Positions 25,674 through 34,854 of a stretch of DNA of 64,000 nt are shown here, piece after piece. Under the pieces are notes generated by a model, which saw only the letters and a program-made list of their open reading frames with translations, was not told where the DNA came from and did not search any database. The stretch is from Rhodoblastus sp. (GTDB lineage: Bacteria; Pseudomonadota; Alphaproteobacteria; Rhizobiales; Beijerinckiaceae), in contig JAGRKN010000015.1 of assembly GCA_020442275.1 (NCBI GenBank), positions 11,369 to 75,368 on the forward strand, in the 5' to 3' direction. The position numbers were made by a program, and so were the translations under genes. Each line of letters begins with the position of its first letter. Within the stretch, counting starts at the first letter, position 1.

Positions 25674-27338
25674 ATGGCGGCGCTGTCGAGCTTTCTGACA
25701 CGATCCGGGCGTGTTGCCGGACGTGGCGCGAAAGAAGCGGAGAAGATCGAGGAGCATGCGCCGGCTGGGTTTTTGAGCCGGGCCCGGCGATCGGCGGAAA
25801 GCGCCGTCGGCGTCGGCGGCGACGTTGCGTCAGGCCTTCTCGGGGGCGGCGCGGGCCTTGGGCGTCTCGGGAGGATCGGAGTTGGGATCGGCGCTTTGGG
25901 CGTCGCTGCAGCCGAGATGGAAGAGATCATCCGGCTCGTGAAGTTTGTCGGGGAGTTCGTGCACGATCCGAAGGGCGCGCTGACGCATCTTTTCGGCGGG
26001 CAGACGGAGGGCGACAAGCAGCATGCGATTCAGGCCGCGAAGGCTGCAACCGGTGGAGCGCCGAACAAGGCCGCTGCGATGCTTTCGTCGTTGGCGCCGG
26101 GCGGGGGCGCGAAGGTGGACATGCCGTCGTTCGACGCGACGCGCGTTGCGATTCATGAGCCAGGTCGGGCGAAGGAGCATGGCGCGCGGGCGGCCATGCA
26201 GATGGGGCCGCATGGCGGGCCGCGCACGATCGAGGAAGCCTATTTGCGGTCGGTGGAGATGGCGGAGAAGAATGGCCAGCCGATCAAGCCGGGCTCGATC
26301 GTCGAAATGGAATTCGTTCAGAATGGCAGGAAGAGCCATGTCAACGTCGAAGCGGTCGACGGCAAGAGCTTTCTGCCGATCGCCGGCGAGAACGGCCGGT
26401 CGCAGCTGATCCTGCCGCGTGGCTTCGAGACGGCGGATTACGCGAAGGAAGCGGGCAAGCGGCTGGAAGCGGCGAGCGGCATCGCGATCGATGCGCGCGC
26501 CGGCGTTCCGGGACGCGAGGGCGGCTTCGCGACGATCGGGCCGGCGCTGATGGCGTCGGGACGTGCGGACGGGCAGAGCGCGGAAGCGATCAAGCTCGCC
26601 GGCATGGGCATGGGTATCGGCGGTATCGGCGCGACGCAGGAGGTCGCCGGGCGGCGGATTGGCGCGCCTGACGATTCCGTCGCGATGTTCGCAAGCCGTG
26701 GGACCGCCGATGGCGGCCGGGCGTTGCGGTACGAGGGCGCGCTGATCGATGGCGGCCGCGCATCGCTGGTTCTGTCGACCAGCGGCCAGGGCGAGGCGCA
26801 GAAGACGGTGATGTCCGCGAAATCCGAGCGTCCCGGGCTCAACCGGATGGCGGTGGTGACCGGCTCGAGCACGGGGCTCGGCGGCGTTGGCGCCGACGGC
26901 AAGATCGCATTGTCGCGTGAAGGCCGTGAGTCCGTTCATGCGCTCGGCGAGGCCGCGGGGCGCAAGATCGACGTGCTGCTGGCCGGCACGGAGAAAATGG
27001 GCGCGAAGCGGGACTCGGCGGTCGTGATCGATCGCGACTCTGGTCGTGCGGTCGAAAGCGTGTGGAGCGGCAATCGCATGGTGACCGTCAGCGACGGCCG
27101 CATCGATCTTGTGACCAAAGGCGCGGACGGCAAGCTGAGCGTGAAGTCGATCGAGGACCGTGAGGTGTCGGTCAATGCGAAGACTGGCACGACGCGCCTG
27201 TCGACGGCGGCGCTGACCGCTGTGTCGGAGTTTTCGCGCGCGCCGGCGTCGGGCGGCGCGGCGATCGAGGCCAAGGATTTCATGGCGAGCCTGCCGGTGC
27301 GCGCGCCGCGCAGCGGCGGCGTCGGCGTCGGCGACTGA
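25674..27338 (+). CDS. Hypothetical protein (554 aa), G/A-rich
   Basis: Long ORF with a good SD (ACGGAGAAATCCATG). One hydrophobic G/A-rich segment near residue 45-75. No recognised domain. Confidence 0.6.
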   Translation: MAALSSFLTRSGRVAGRGAKEAEKIEEHAPAGFLSRARRSAESAVGVGGDVASGLLGGGAGLGRLGRIGVGIGALGVAAAEMEEIIRLVKFVGEFVHDPKGALTHLFGGQTEGDKQHAIQAAKAATGGAPNKAAAMLSSLAPGGGAKVDMPSFDATRVAIHEPGRAKEHGARAAMQMGPHGGPRTIEEAYLRSVEMAEKNGQPIKPGSIVEMEFVQNGRKSHVNVEAVDGKSFLPIAGENGRSQLILPRGFETADYAKEAGKRLEAASGIAIDARAGVPGREGGFATIGPALMASGRADGQSAEAIKLAGMGMGIGGIGATQEVAGRRIGAPDDSVAMFASRGTADGGRALRYEGALIDGGRASLVLSTSGQGEAQKTVMSAKSERPGLNRMAVVTGSSTGLGGVGADGKIALSREGRESVHALGEAAGRKIDVLLAGTEKMGAKRDSAVVIDRDSGRAVESVWSGNRMVTVSDGRIDLVTKGADGKLSVKSIEDREVSVNAKTGTTRLSTAALTAVSEFSRAPASGGAAIEAKDFMASLPVRAPRSGGVGVGD

Positions 27339-27349
27339 GGAGAGTTGAA

Positions 27350-27619
27350 ATGAACGGAATAAAGTCTGGCGCGGCTCTCGTCGCCGCATTGATTTTCGTG
27401 GGTCCGGCGGCGGCGGCGACCCTGACGATACAGGATACGTTCAACCAAGGCTCGAACGGATCCCCGATGACGGATCCGAGCAATTCGTGGGCGAACATTC
27501 ACGGCAGCCCGTTGAATGCGACGCCAACGGGGCCGACGACCCAGGCGACGACGACGCCGGGGAATGGTTCAGGAGCGACCTCGCCGACGACGTCGGGCGG
27601 AGGATCGACGCCGAAGTGA
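27350..27619 (+). CDS. Small secreted protein (89 aa) with T/S/G/P-rich tail
   Basis: Signal peptide AALVAALIFVGPAAAATL. C-terminus TGPTTQATTTPGNGSGATSPTTSGGGSTPK. SD GGAGAG lies upstream. Confidence 0.55.
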   Translation: MNGIKSGAALVAALIFVGPAAAATLTIQDTFNQGSNGSPMTDPSNSWANIHGSPLNATPTGPTTQATTTPGNGSGATSPTTSGGGSTPK

Positions 27620-27627
27620 TCGGGTGA

Positions 27628-28374
27628 TCAGAGCTCGTCGTCCAGCGCCTTGGCGGCAGCGATCGATTTTGCTTCGATGGTTGCCCGGAGCTCGATGAGA
27701 GTTTGTTTCAAGGCAAGCAGGTTGGCGGCACGCGCGGCGAGAAGGCGTTCGTTTTCCGCCGCCAGAATGGCGTCGTCGTTGGCGTCGAGTTCAGGTTGTG
27801 GTTGGCCGCGGTAGTAAGTTTCGCATTTGCGGACCCATTTGGTCAGCCTGCTGTGTGTCTTTTCACCGATTCCCTCAAGGTCGGTCGGGAGGCCTCTCTG
27901 ATATATGTCGGCGGCGGTCTTGTAGCCGTGATTGTGAAGCGTTTGTTTGACCGAGCGCCGCAGCGTGAAACTGTGGATTATCGTTGGATTGGTTTCTTCG
28001 ATGGGCTGACGCTTCAATCGCTCGATGAGCCAGGCCTTGCGCTTCGCGTCAAGGTAAGCCGTCCGGCGGGAAGCTGCGCCGACGGTCGAATCGTGCCGGT
28101 AAGCGGCGAGTTCGACGGCGATCGTCGCCTTGCATTTGTCGAAAGCGGTGATGTCGCGGCTTTCTATGTAGCCGTGTTCGACGACTTTAATCCGCTCGCG
28201 AGAGGACGGCTGCTCTCCGAAAAAGAGGCGCAAGAGACGCGAGAGGAGGCCGCGCGGCTTGGGTATGGGCGAGCGCTCGGCGATGTAATCGCGCGTGTGC
28301 TGATCGATGGGCGCAGGCGGATAGTGGATTGCGGCGATTTCGCCTTCGAATGTGTCGATATTGAAAGGGGGCAT
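27628..28374 (-). CDS. Hypothetical protein (248 aa) with helix-hairpin-helix-like motif
   Basis: GYKTAADIYQRGLPTDLEGIGEKTHSRL resembles an HhH DNA-binding motif. Coiled-coil-like C-terminus. Confidence 0.55.
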   Translation of the reverse strand: MPPFNIDTFEGEIAAIHYPPAPIDQHTRDYIAERSPIPKPRGLLSRLLRLFFGEQPSSRERIKVVEHGYIESRDITAFDKCKATIAVELAAYRHDSTVGAASRRTAYLDAKRKAWLIERLKRQPIEETNPTIIHSFTLRRSVKQTLHNHGYKTAADIYQRGLPTDLEGIGEKTHSRLTKWVRKCETYYRGQPQPELDANDDAILAAENERLLAARAANLLALKQTLIELRATIEAKSIAAAKALDDEL

Positions 28375-28537
28375 GATGCGGGGCGGCTCGGGAGAATGGA
28401 ATGGCGATGAGTTTGGCGAAGTCTGCGGGCCGGTAAAGGCAAACCAGCGGGTGCAAAGAGACTATTTGGGGATCAATGATCGAGTAGGGATGTGCGAGCC
28501 GATGGGCATCGGCTCGCGTCGGGATATTGACGCTTGG

Positions 28538-31500
28538 TCAGGCTGCGAGCAACGACCAGTCCGGCGCGTCATCGATGCGCGCGACGGAGAAACGCGTCGT
28601 CAGAATGGCGAGCGCCTTGTTGCGCTTGCCGGGTTCCTTCGGAAGGAAGAACCGCGGTCCGGCGGCGCCTGGCACTGCGAGCTGGATCAGGCCGATGTCG
28701 CGAGCGACGCCGGCAGCGAGCTTGGTGTCGCGCAGCGTCGGGAAGATCTCGGTCTTCGTTTCGGCGAGAACCAGCTGATTGGCGATCATCCAGTTGTTCG
28801 ACAGGACGAGGGTCTTGTTGGCGTCCAGGCTGGTGTTCAGCGACGACATGTCGAGGCGGCCGGTCGTCGGGTTGTAGCGGGGATCGCTCTTGACCGCCGC
28901 GATGAGCGTGTCGCCTTCGTCTGCTCCCATTATGAGGCCCATGACGCGGCGGCCGTCGGTCGTATCGGCGACGACGGCATGCTGGCGCGAATGGGCCTTC
29001 AGCGTCTCCTGGATGGTCGGAAGCGCGCCGGAAAGGATGACGGTCGGACGCGACATCATCTCGGTGATCTTGGCGACGCGATCCTGCCAGATGGCGCGCG
29101 CCTGCTCGTCGGTCTTGAACGTCGGGATGCGCTCGGCGGTGTAGATCAGCTGCGAGTTGTAGTCGATGATCGTCGACCGGTTCGGCTCGATGATCCGCAC
29201 GCGCGTAGGCTCGGCCAGGATATTCTTGGAGCGCTCGGCGACGATCTGGATCCAGATCTGGTTGGTGACGGGCGACCACCAGACAGTGGGCGGCTGAGCG
29301 TCCGAATTGAAGAGCTCGGCCTCCATCATGGCCGAGTCGTAGTCCTTCATGTCCGGCGGCTTGGCGCCGGAGACGCGGAAGGCGCGGACTTCCGCGCCGG
29401 TCGAGGTGTCCTTGTGGATGACCTCCTCGGACTCGATCTTGAGCTGCTGCTCGATCGGCTCGGGGCCGGAATCGTAGCTGCGGTCGACCAGCGAGTTTTC
29501 GATGGCGATTTCGAGCTCCCGGTCGACGTGGGTGAAGACGCGCGTCTGGAAATTGATCGGCGTACGCGCGATGCGCTTCATGATGCGGCGGATCGTGTGC
29601 TCGTCGCTGGTGAACGTCGGCTTCTTGTCTTCGCCGAGCAGGCGGAAGGACGTCATCTGCTCGAAGTCGGTGCGCACGACGTCGGGATATTTGTCGCCGA
29701 TGACGCCCTGCAGGAAGCGTATGAACGCCATGCGGGCATAGCTGTTCTCATAAGAATGGCGCATCGCGAACGGGCCGGTGACGGCGTCGCGGTGGCCCTG
29801 GCCCGACGCGCCGAGGCGGCGAATGCGGGCGAGCGTCTGGGACAGGTAGGCGCGTTCGGCCGGCAGGTCGGTCGAGACGAGCACGACTTCCGGCGCGTGG
29901 CGCTGGTTCGAGCGGTGCGTGCGGCCGATGCCCTGAACGGCCTGGTCGGCGCGCTGGCCGGGCTGAAGCACGTAGTGGCGGCGCGGCTTCTGGTTCCGCG
30001 CGTCGAGGGCGGCGTGATAATCCATGCTGGCTCCGCCGGCGCCGACGCTGAACGCCAGGATCGACTTGCGCGCGCCCATGAAGGCGGCGAGATCGGCGCG
30101 CACGTCCTGCTCGGTGCGCTTTTCGAGGGTTGGAGCGCCCGTTTTCGGATCGGGAATGTAGCGCTGCGACCGGCCGGTGATTTCGGCGACCTGTTCGGCG
30201 CCGAAGGCGGCGAAGATCTGGTCGAGCGGCGTCGGATGCTCCGGGATGAGGGTGAGGCGCTGGAGGAGGTCGTCCTTGAGCGCCTGGTTGCCGGCAAGCG
30301 GCACGACGGCGCCGGCCTTGTCGCGCGCGGGCTTGTAGCTCGTCATGTAGCGCGTCGAGCTGCCCTTGATGAGCGTCATGCGGACGGTGGGGATGAAATC
30401 TTCGATGAGGCGACGCAGGTTGCGCGCGGCCGTGGCGTCGGCAGCGCCGGCGTCCGCTTCGTAGGTGTTCATGAGCTGGACGACCGGCGCCTTGCCCTCG
30501 GCGAGGGCCTGGCGCATGTCCTCGATCATCGTCGGGGTCTTGAGCGAGACCAGCATCATTTCGGAGATGCGGCGGGCGGCCGCCTCGAAGTGCGAGAACA
30601 TTTCCTTCGGGATCGTGCTGTTGGCCGGCAAAGCTGCTTTCCAGGCCTGTTCGAGGGCCTCGCGGACCTCGAGCACGATTTTCATCGTGTCATCCCAGGC
30701 GCGGCGTTCGCTGGCATTGAGCGTATGGAAGAGCGAAGCGGCGGTGACGCCTTCGAGCGACAGCGTGCGGGTGATCATCAGGCCGGATGCGACGAGATGG
30801 GCCGAGATGATCTCGAGACCGGTCAGGCCGAGCTGCTCGATCGCGCCGAGGCAGTCCTTGCGGCTGGCATAGGGGCAGCCGTCGCCCCACAGGCCGAGGC
30901 GCGACATGTAGGCAAGGTTGTTGAAGTTCGAAATGCCGGTCGCCGTGGCATAGACGATGCGGGCGCGCGGGAGCTTTTCCTGGATGATGAGCCCGGCAAG
31001 GCCCTGGCGGGACGACGCCATCGTGCCGAAGAAACCCTCTTCGCCGACGGCGTTGCGCAGGTTGTGGGCCTCGTCGAAGATGATGACGCCTTCGAAATCG
31101 GCGCCGAGATGCTCGACGAGCTGTTCGATGCGCGGGAAATGGTGGGGATCATCGCCCTCGCGCAGGGTCGCATAGGTCATGAACAGCAGGTGGTTGCGCG
31201 CCGGCAGGGGATCGTCGGCCCGGTAGGCGGCGACGTCGGTGAGGTCGGAGCGCGGGCAGCCGAGCATCATGAGCGCCTTTTCGACGTTGTCACGGTGACG
31301 GGATTTTTCCGTCACGTAGACGGCGCGGCCGCGGCCTTCGGCGCGGTTGGCGAGGACGAGCGCGATCTGCTCGTTCGTCTTGCCGACGCCAGTGCCGTCG
31401 GCGAGCACCACGCCGTAGCGTTCGCCGGTCGGCATGATCTTTTCGTGTGCGCTCATCATGGCGACGACGGCTTCGAACTGCGCGTCGGAGATCGCGCCCT

Positions 31501-32344
31501 TGGCGAGCAGATCGGGATTGAGGCGGGGCTTGGCGGTGTAGAGCGGCGGCTCGATCGAATCGAGCGTCTTGGGCACGATCAAGCGGGTCGGATGGGCCAT
31601 GGCGATGTCGCTGACGGCAAGCCGCGGCTTGTAGGCGTCGTAGATCGCAGTGACCGTTTCGCGTTCGCCGGTTGGCGCGCGCGTATAGCCGATCGGCTCG
31701 AAAACGACTGGCCCTTTCGGCGGTGCCTTGGAGACGGCGCCGGTGCGACGCGGGATCGCGTCGATGGCGGCGACGCTGGCCGGCGTCGCGATATCGACGA
31801 CAATGTCGGCGATCGGCTCGATTTCCGCCTGAAACAGGTCGACGCAGAAGAAGCGGCCGACGGCGATGGTGCAGAAGCGCGGCAGGCCGGCAAGCGCCTC
31901 GGTCCGGCTGGCGTCGGCGGCGCGGATCAGCGCCAGACGGCATTCGTCCGTCGGGGCGAGGCCGGCAAGCGCATCGGCCGACGTGATGATTGCGGTCGAG
32001 ACGGTCGCGCCGGTCTCGATCTCGCCGCCGAGGGCGGCGGCGAATTCTTTCGGCTGAACGGCGTCGGTGACAAGGGCCTCTCCGGGACGGGGAAAGGCGG
32101 CGCGGGCGGCGATCCACCAGGTTTCGGCGACGGCGGGGGTCTCGATGCAGCAGCGTTTGCGCAGCATGCCGGCGTTGAGGAAAGCCATCGGGGCGGCGTC
32201 GAGCAGGGGGCTGACGAAGTTCGCCATGGCCTTGAGGCCGGCAAGGAACACGGCGAGGCGCTCGTCCTCGGGCAGTTCGAGGGCGTTGCCGGACTGGATG
32301 GCCGAGATGTGGCGGGCGATGTCGTGCGGATCGAGCGGCGTCAT
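28538..32344 (-). CDS. Strawberry-notch (Sbno)-like SF2 helicase/NTPase, very large (1268 aa)
   Basis: VLADGTGVGKTNEQIA, IIFDEAHNLRN, RIVYATATGISNFNNLAYMSRLGLWG, GGASMDYHA, QAVQGIGRTHRSNQ. ATG 32344 is preferred because the listed TTG 32365 lies at the terminator U-run. Confidence 0.88.
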   Translation of the reverse strand: MTPLDPHDIARHISAIQSGNALELPEDERLAVFLAGLKAMANFVSPLLDAAPMAFLNAGMLRKRCCIETPAVAETWWIAARAAFPRPGEALVTDAVQPKEFAAALGGEIETGATVSTAIITSADALAGLAPTDECRLALIRAADASRTEALAGLPRFCTIAVGRFFCVDLFQAEIEPIADIVVDIATPASVAAIDAIPRRTGAVSKAPPKGPVVFEPIGYTRAPTGERETVTAIYDAYKPRLAVSDIAMAHPTRLIVPKTLDSIEPPLYTAKPRLNPDLLAKGAISDAQFEAVVAMMSAHEKIMPTGERYGVVLADGTGVGKTNEQIALVLANRAEGRGRAVYVTEKSRHRDNVEKALMMLGCPRSDLTDVAAYRADDPLPARNHLLFMTYATLREGDDPHHFPRIEQLVEHLGADFEGVIIFDEAHNLRNAVGEEGFFGTMASSRQGLAGLIIQEKLPRARIVYATATGISNFNNLAYMSRLGLWGDGCPYASRKDCLGAIEQLGLTGLEIISAHLVASGLMITRTLSLEGVTAASLFHTLNASERRAWDDTMKIVLEVREALEQAWKAALPANSTIPKEMFSHFEAAARRISEMMLVSLKTPTMIEDMRQALAEGKAPVVQLMNTYEADAGAADATAARNLRRLIEDFIPTVRMTLIKGSSTRYMTSYKPARDKAGAVVPLAGNQALKDDLLQRLTLIPEHPTPLDQIFAAFGAEQVAEITGRSQRYIPDPKTGAPTLEKRTEQDVRADLAAFMGARKSILAFSVGAGGASMDYHAALDARNQKPRRHYVLQPGQRADQAVQGIGRTHRSNQRHAPEVVLVSTDLPAERAYLSQTLARIRRLGASGQGHRDAVTGPFAMRHSYENSYARMAFIRFLQGVIGDKYPDVVRTDFEQMTSFRLLGEDKKPTFTSDEHTIRRIMKRIARTPINFQTRVFTHVDRELEIAIENSLVDRSYDSGPEPIEQQLKIESEEVIHKDTSTGAEVRAFRVSGAKPPDMKDYDSAMMEAELFNSDAQPPTVWWSPVTNQIWIQIVAERSKNILAEPTRVRIIEPNRSTIIDYNSQLIYTAERIPTFKTDEQARAIWQDRVAKITEMMSRPTVILSGALPTIQETLKAHSRQHAVVADTTDGRRVMGLIMGADEGDTLIAAVKSDPRYNPTTGRLDMSSLNTSLDANKTLVLSNNWMIANQLVLAETKTEIFPTLRDTKLAAGVARDIGLIQLAVPGAAGPRFFLPKEPGKRNKALAILTTRFSVARIDDAPDWSLLAA

Positions 32345-32366
32345 GATGGTCCTGTCCGTGCGCAAG

Positions 32367-32394
32367 AAAAAAGCCCGACGCGGGTGCGCCGGGC
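32367..32394 (-). terminator. Rho-independent terminator between the ParB-like gene and the Sbno-like gene
   Basis: The minus strand reads GCCCGGCGCACCCGCGUCGGGC followed by UUUUUU. On the plus strand the hairpin is at 32373-32394 and the A6 run at 32367-32372. Confidence 0.65.
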
Positions 32395-32421
32395 GTCAGG
32401 TATCGGAGCGGGGAAGCCGGT

Positions 32422-34173
32422 TTAGAGGTAGGCCGGCCACCAAGCGTTGAGGCGGAAGGCGATCTCGTGGTGAAGGTTCGGATCGCCGTTGGCGGCCTCG
32501 CGGAAGCGGTCGGAGATCAGCGTGACGATGTCATTCTTCGGCGCGCTCTCGGCGTATTTGGCGTCGGCTTCGCTCAGAAGCTCGGCGGTGAGGTTGCGCA
32601 GCTCTTCGATATTCATGAGCTTGAAGAACGCTTCGTTCGGCAGGTAATCGCCGCGGCCGCCGTTCGGCACATTGGCGCGCAGAATGTCGCGCACGAGCGC
32701 ATCCTCGGGAAAGAGGATTTCCGGGCCGCGCTGGTTTTCGAGGCGCATCGCGACCGCGATGGCGTTGAGGGTGCGGACTTCGGCGATCGGCAGCGACAGC
32801 GCGCAATCGAGTGGCCTGGCGGCATTCGCCTTGGCCGTCTGCGCGAACAGGGTGAACTGGTCGGTGATCAGCCCGGTCGCGTCGCAAAGCGGATCGGCGT
32901 CGATCTGGGGGCGTTCCGGCGTCGCGCGCAGGCGGTCGTCGCCGAGAAACGAAGCGAGCAGCAGGCGCTCGGCGTATTCGGAATTCTGGATCACGCAGAG
33001 CGCGGCGCGGTCGACGCGCATGCGTGCGAGAGCAGCCTTGGCCGCCTTGGCGGACGGGGGATGGTTGGTGATCGTGCGAACCGGTTCGGGCGCAGCAGGC
33101 GCAACTGCCGCAACGTCCGGATCGGTGGCAAAGCCCATGTTCTGGGCGGTGGCGTGATCCTCGCTGTCGTGCGCGATCTGGACGCCGTCGGGTTCGGAGG
33201 CCGGCAACAGCTTGTCGTGGACGGTGATCGCGCCGTCGTCGGCTACGACGATGAACGCATTGGCGTTGCGCGGCGAGTCGGTCGAGCGCCAGAGCTGTGC
33301 GAGGAAGGGCTTGGAACGCAGCACTTCGACCTTCTGGCCGGTGCGCTCGAGTTCGACGACGCGTTCCTGGATGGCGAGGTTCTGGCGGTCCCAGAACGCC
33401 TGACGGTCCTCGAACCAGTCGTGGTCGGGGTCCATCATGTCGCTGACGGTCGCGAGACCGGAGGAGGCGACGTCGAAGATCGCGTTGCGGACCGGGATCT
33501 TGTCCTGGCGAGCGAGGTCGTTGAGGTCGCGCACGGTGCGGTACATGCCGGGATTGCGGTCGATTTCGGCATGAACGCGATGCTGGTCGCTTTTCGACAG
33601 CAGCGAAAAGCGACCGACCCAGGCGATCGTGCGGTCGCCGTTGGCGACGTAGAGGCGGATCTTCTCGTCGGCGCGCGTGACGGCGATGCGGTCGTTGATC
33701 TCGCCGGGCTTGAGGCCGGTTTCGCGCGACAGCTCGCGGATCGAGACGCCGTTGGCGAGCGCATCGGCGACGGCGGCGCACTCCTGCAGCGGCGGCATGT
33801 CGCGACGCACGACGTTCTCGGCGATGGCCATGATGTAGGCCTCGCGGTCGTCGACCTCGTAGATCATGATGTCGGCTTCGTGGTCGAGCGTGATCTTGCC
33901 CGTCTTGACCATGGCGTTGAAGCCGGCGAGGCGCGTATGGCCGATGAAGACCTCGAAGACGTCTGGGGTCGAGGTCGGGCGCGCAGCCATCGGCTGGAGC
34001 TGTACGGTGTCGGTCATCTGCTCGCCGATGGTGATGACGAAGTCTTCGTCCATCGTCTTGCGCGGATTGATCTTCGAGGGAACAAGATTGCCGATGCGGA
34101 CGCGGGCGTGGACGCCTTTGCGTTCGGTGGCGGCGGCAGGCGAAGCAGGGACGCGTTTTTTGGCGGCGGCCAT
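32422..34173 (-). CDS. ParB/Srx-fold N-terminal nuclease-domain protein (583 aa)
   Basis: The N-terminus has VRIGNLVPSKINPRK ... VFIGHTRLAGF (ParB N-domain GxxR-type box). Long non-conserved C-terminal region. This protein type is typical of conjugative elements. Confidence 0.85.
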   Translation of the reverse strand: MAAAKKRVPASPAAATERKGVHARVRIGNLVPSKINPRKTMDEDFVITIGEQMTDTVQLQPMAARPTSTPDVFEVFIGHTRLAGFNAMVKTGKITLDHEADIMIYEVDDREAYIMAIAENVVRRDMPPLQECAAVADALANGVSIRELSRETGLKPGEINDRIAVTRADEKIRLYVANGDRTIAWVGRFSLLSKSDQHRVHAEIDRNPGMYRTVRDLNDLARQDKIPVRNAIFDVASSGLATVSDMMDPDHDWFEDRQAFWDRQNLAIQERVVELERTGQKVEVLRSKPFLAQLWRSTDSPRNANAFIVVADDGAITVHDKLLPASEPDGVQIAHDSEDHATAQNMGFATDPDVAAVAPAAPEPVRTITNHPPSAKAAKAALARMRVDRAALCVIQNSEYAERLLLASFLGDDRLRATPERPQIDADPLCDATGLITDQFTLFAQTAKANAARPLDCALSLPIAEVRTLNAIAVAMRLENQRGPEILFPEDALVRDILRANVPNGGRGDYLPNEAFFKLMNIEELRNLTAELLSEADAKYAESAPKNDIVTLISDRFREAANGDPNLHHEIAFRLNAWWPAYL

Positions 34174-34242
34174 TTGGGTCTCCGTTGGAAAGAAAACAGG
34201 CGGGGGCGTTTTTGGGATTCGGAAAATCGGGGGCCGAAAACG

Positions 34243-34854
34243 TCAGGCGGAAAATGCGATGCGGAGGTCGTCCTCGATCTGCTTCACGATGGCGTCGTCG
34301 TTGCGATGGAGGGCGAAGGCTGTGTGGAACGTCGGAAAAACCGGAGCGGCCGACAGGGAAGTCGACAGGATCTTCCCGCGGTTCTGCTTGATCCGGTCCT
34401 GGCCGGTGAGAGCCCAGAGCGCGATCGAGCCCATGGCGACGATGCGCTTGGGCGCGGTCGATTTCACGAGGTCACGGAAAAACGCGATGTCGGCGGCGTG
34501 CGAGGTATGGAGCGAGCGGCCGTGATAGGGCGAGACGCCTTGGGCCGCCTGCGACGGGTCGTCGGTGAAGAAGGTCGAGATGTCGTTGGAGCGGCGCTTG
34601 CCGTCTGCTGTTGCGGTCCAGGTCGGCTGGAAGCGGAAGACATTGGCGATGAGCGTGGCGTCGCGCTCGACGTTGAGCGTGCGGAGCGCCTGCGTCAGCA
34701 GAAGGCCTGCAGGTCCGACGAAGGGCTTGCCGAGGATCGCCTCGGTCGCGCCAGGCGCCTCGCCAACGATAAGGAATCCATTGAACGGAAGTTTCGGGCG
34801 CGCCGGCTCGACCGGGCCGGCGATTGCGCCCTGGGGCAAAGCGGAAGTGGTCAT
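34243..34854 (-). CDS. Uracil-DNA glycosylase superfamily protein (family 4-like, no Cys cluster)
   Basis: Motif A FLIVGEAPGATEAILGKPFVGPAG, then ANVFRFQP and a late His (FPTFHTAF). The 203-aa protein has no cysteine at all, so it cannot carry the 4Fe-4S cluster of classical family 4. Confidence 0.8.
   Translation of the reverse strand: MTTSALPQGAIAGPVEPARPKLPFNGFLIVGEAPGATEAILGKPFVGPAGLLLTQALRTLNVERDATLIANVFRFQPTWTATADGKRRSNDISTFFTDDPSQAAQGVSPYHGRSLHTSHAADIAFFRDLVKSTAPKRIVAMGSIALWALTGQDRIKQNRGKILSTSLSAAPVFPTFHTAFALHRNDDAIVKQIEDDLRIAFSA

Noticed and set aside
28494-28517. Perfect 10-bp hairpin GCGAGCCGAT-GGGC-ATCGGCTCGC just downstream of the Sbno-like stop.
   Set aside because: No U-run follows on either strand, so I did not call it an intrinsic terminator. 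It may still be an RNA stability element or protein-binding site.
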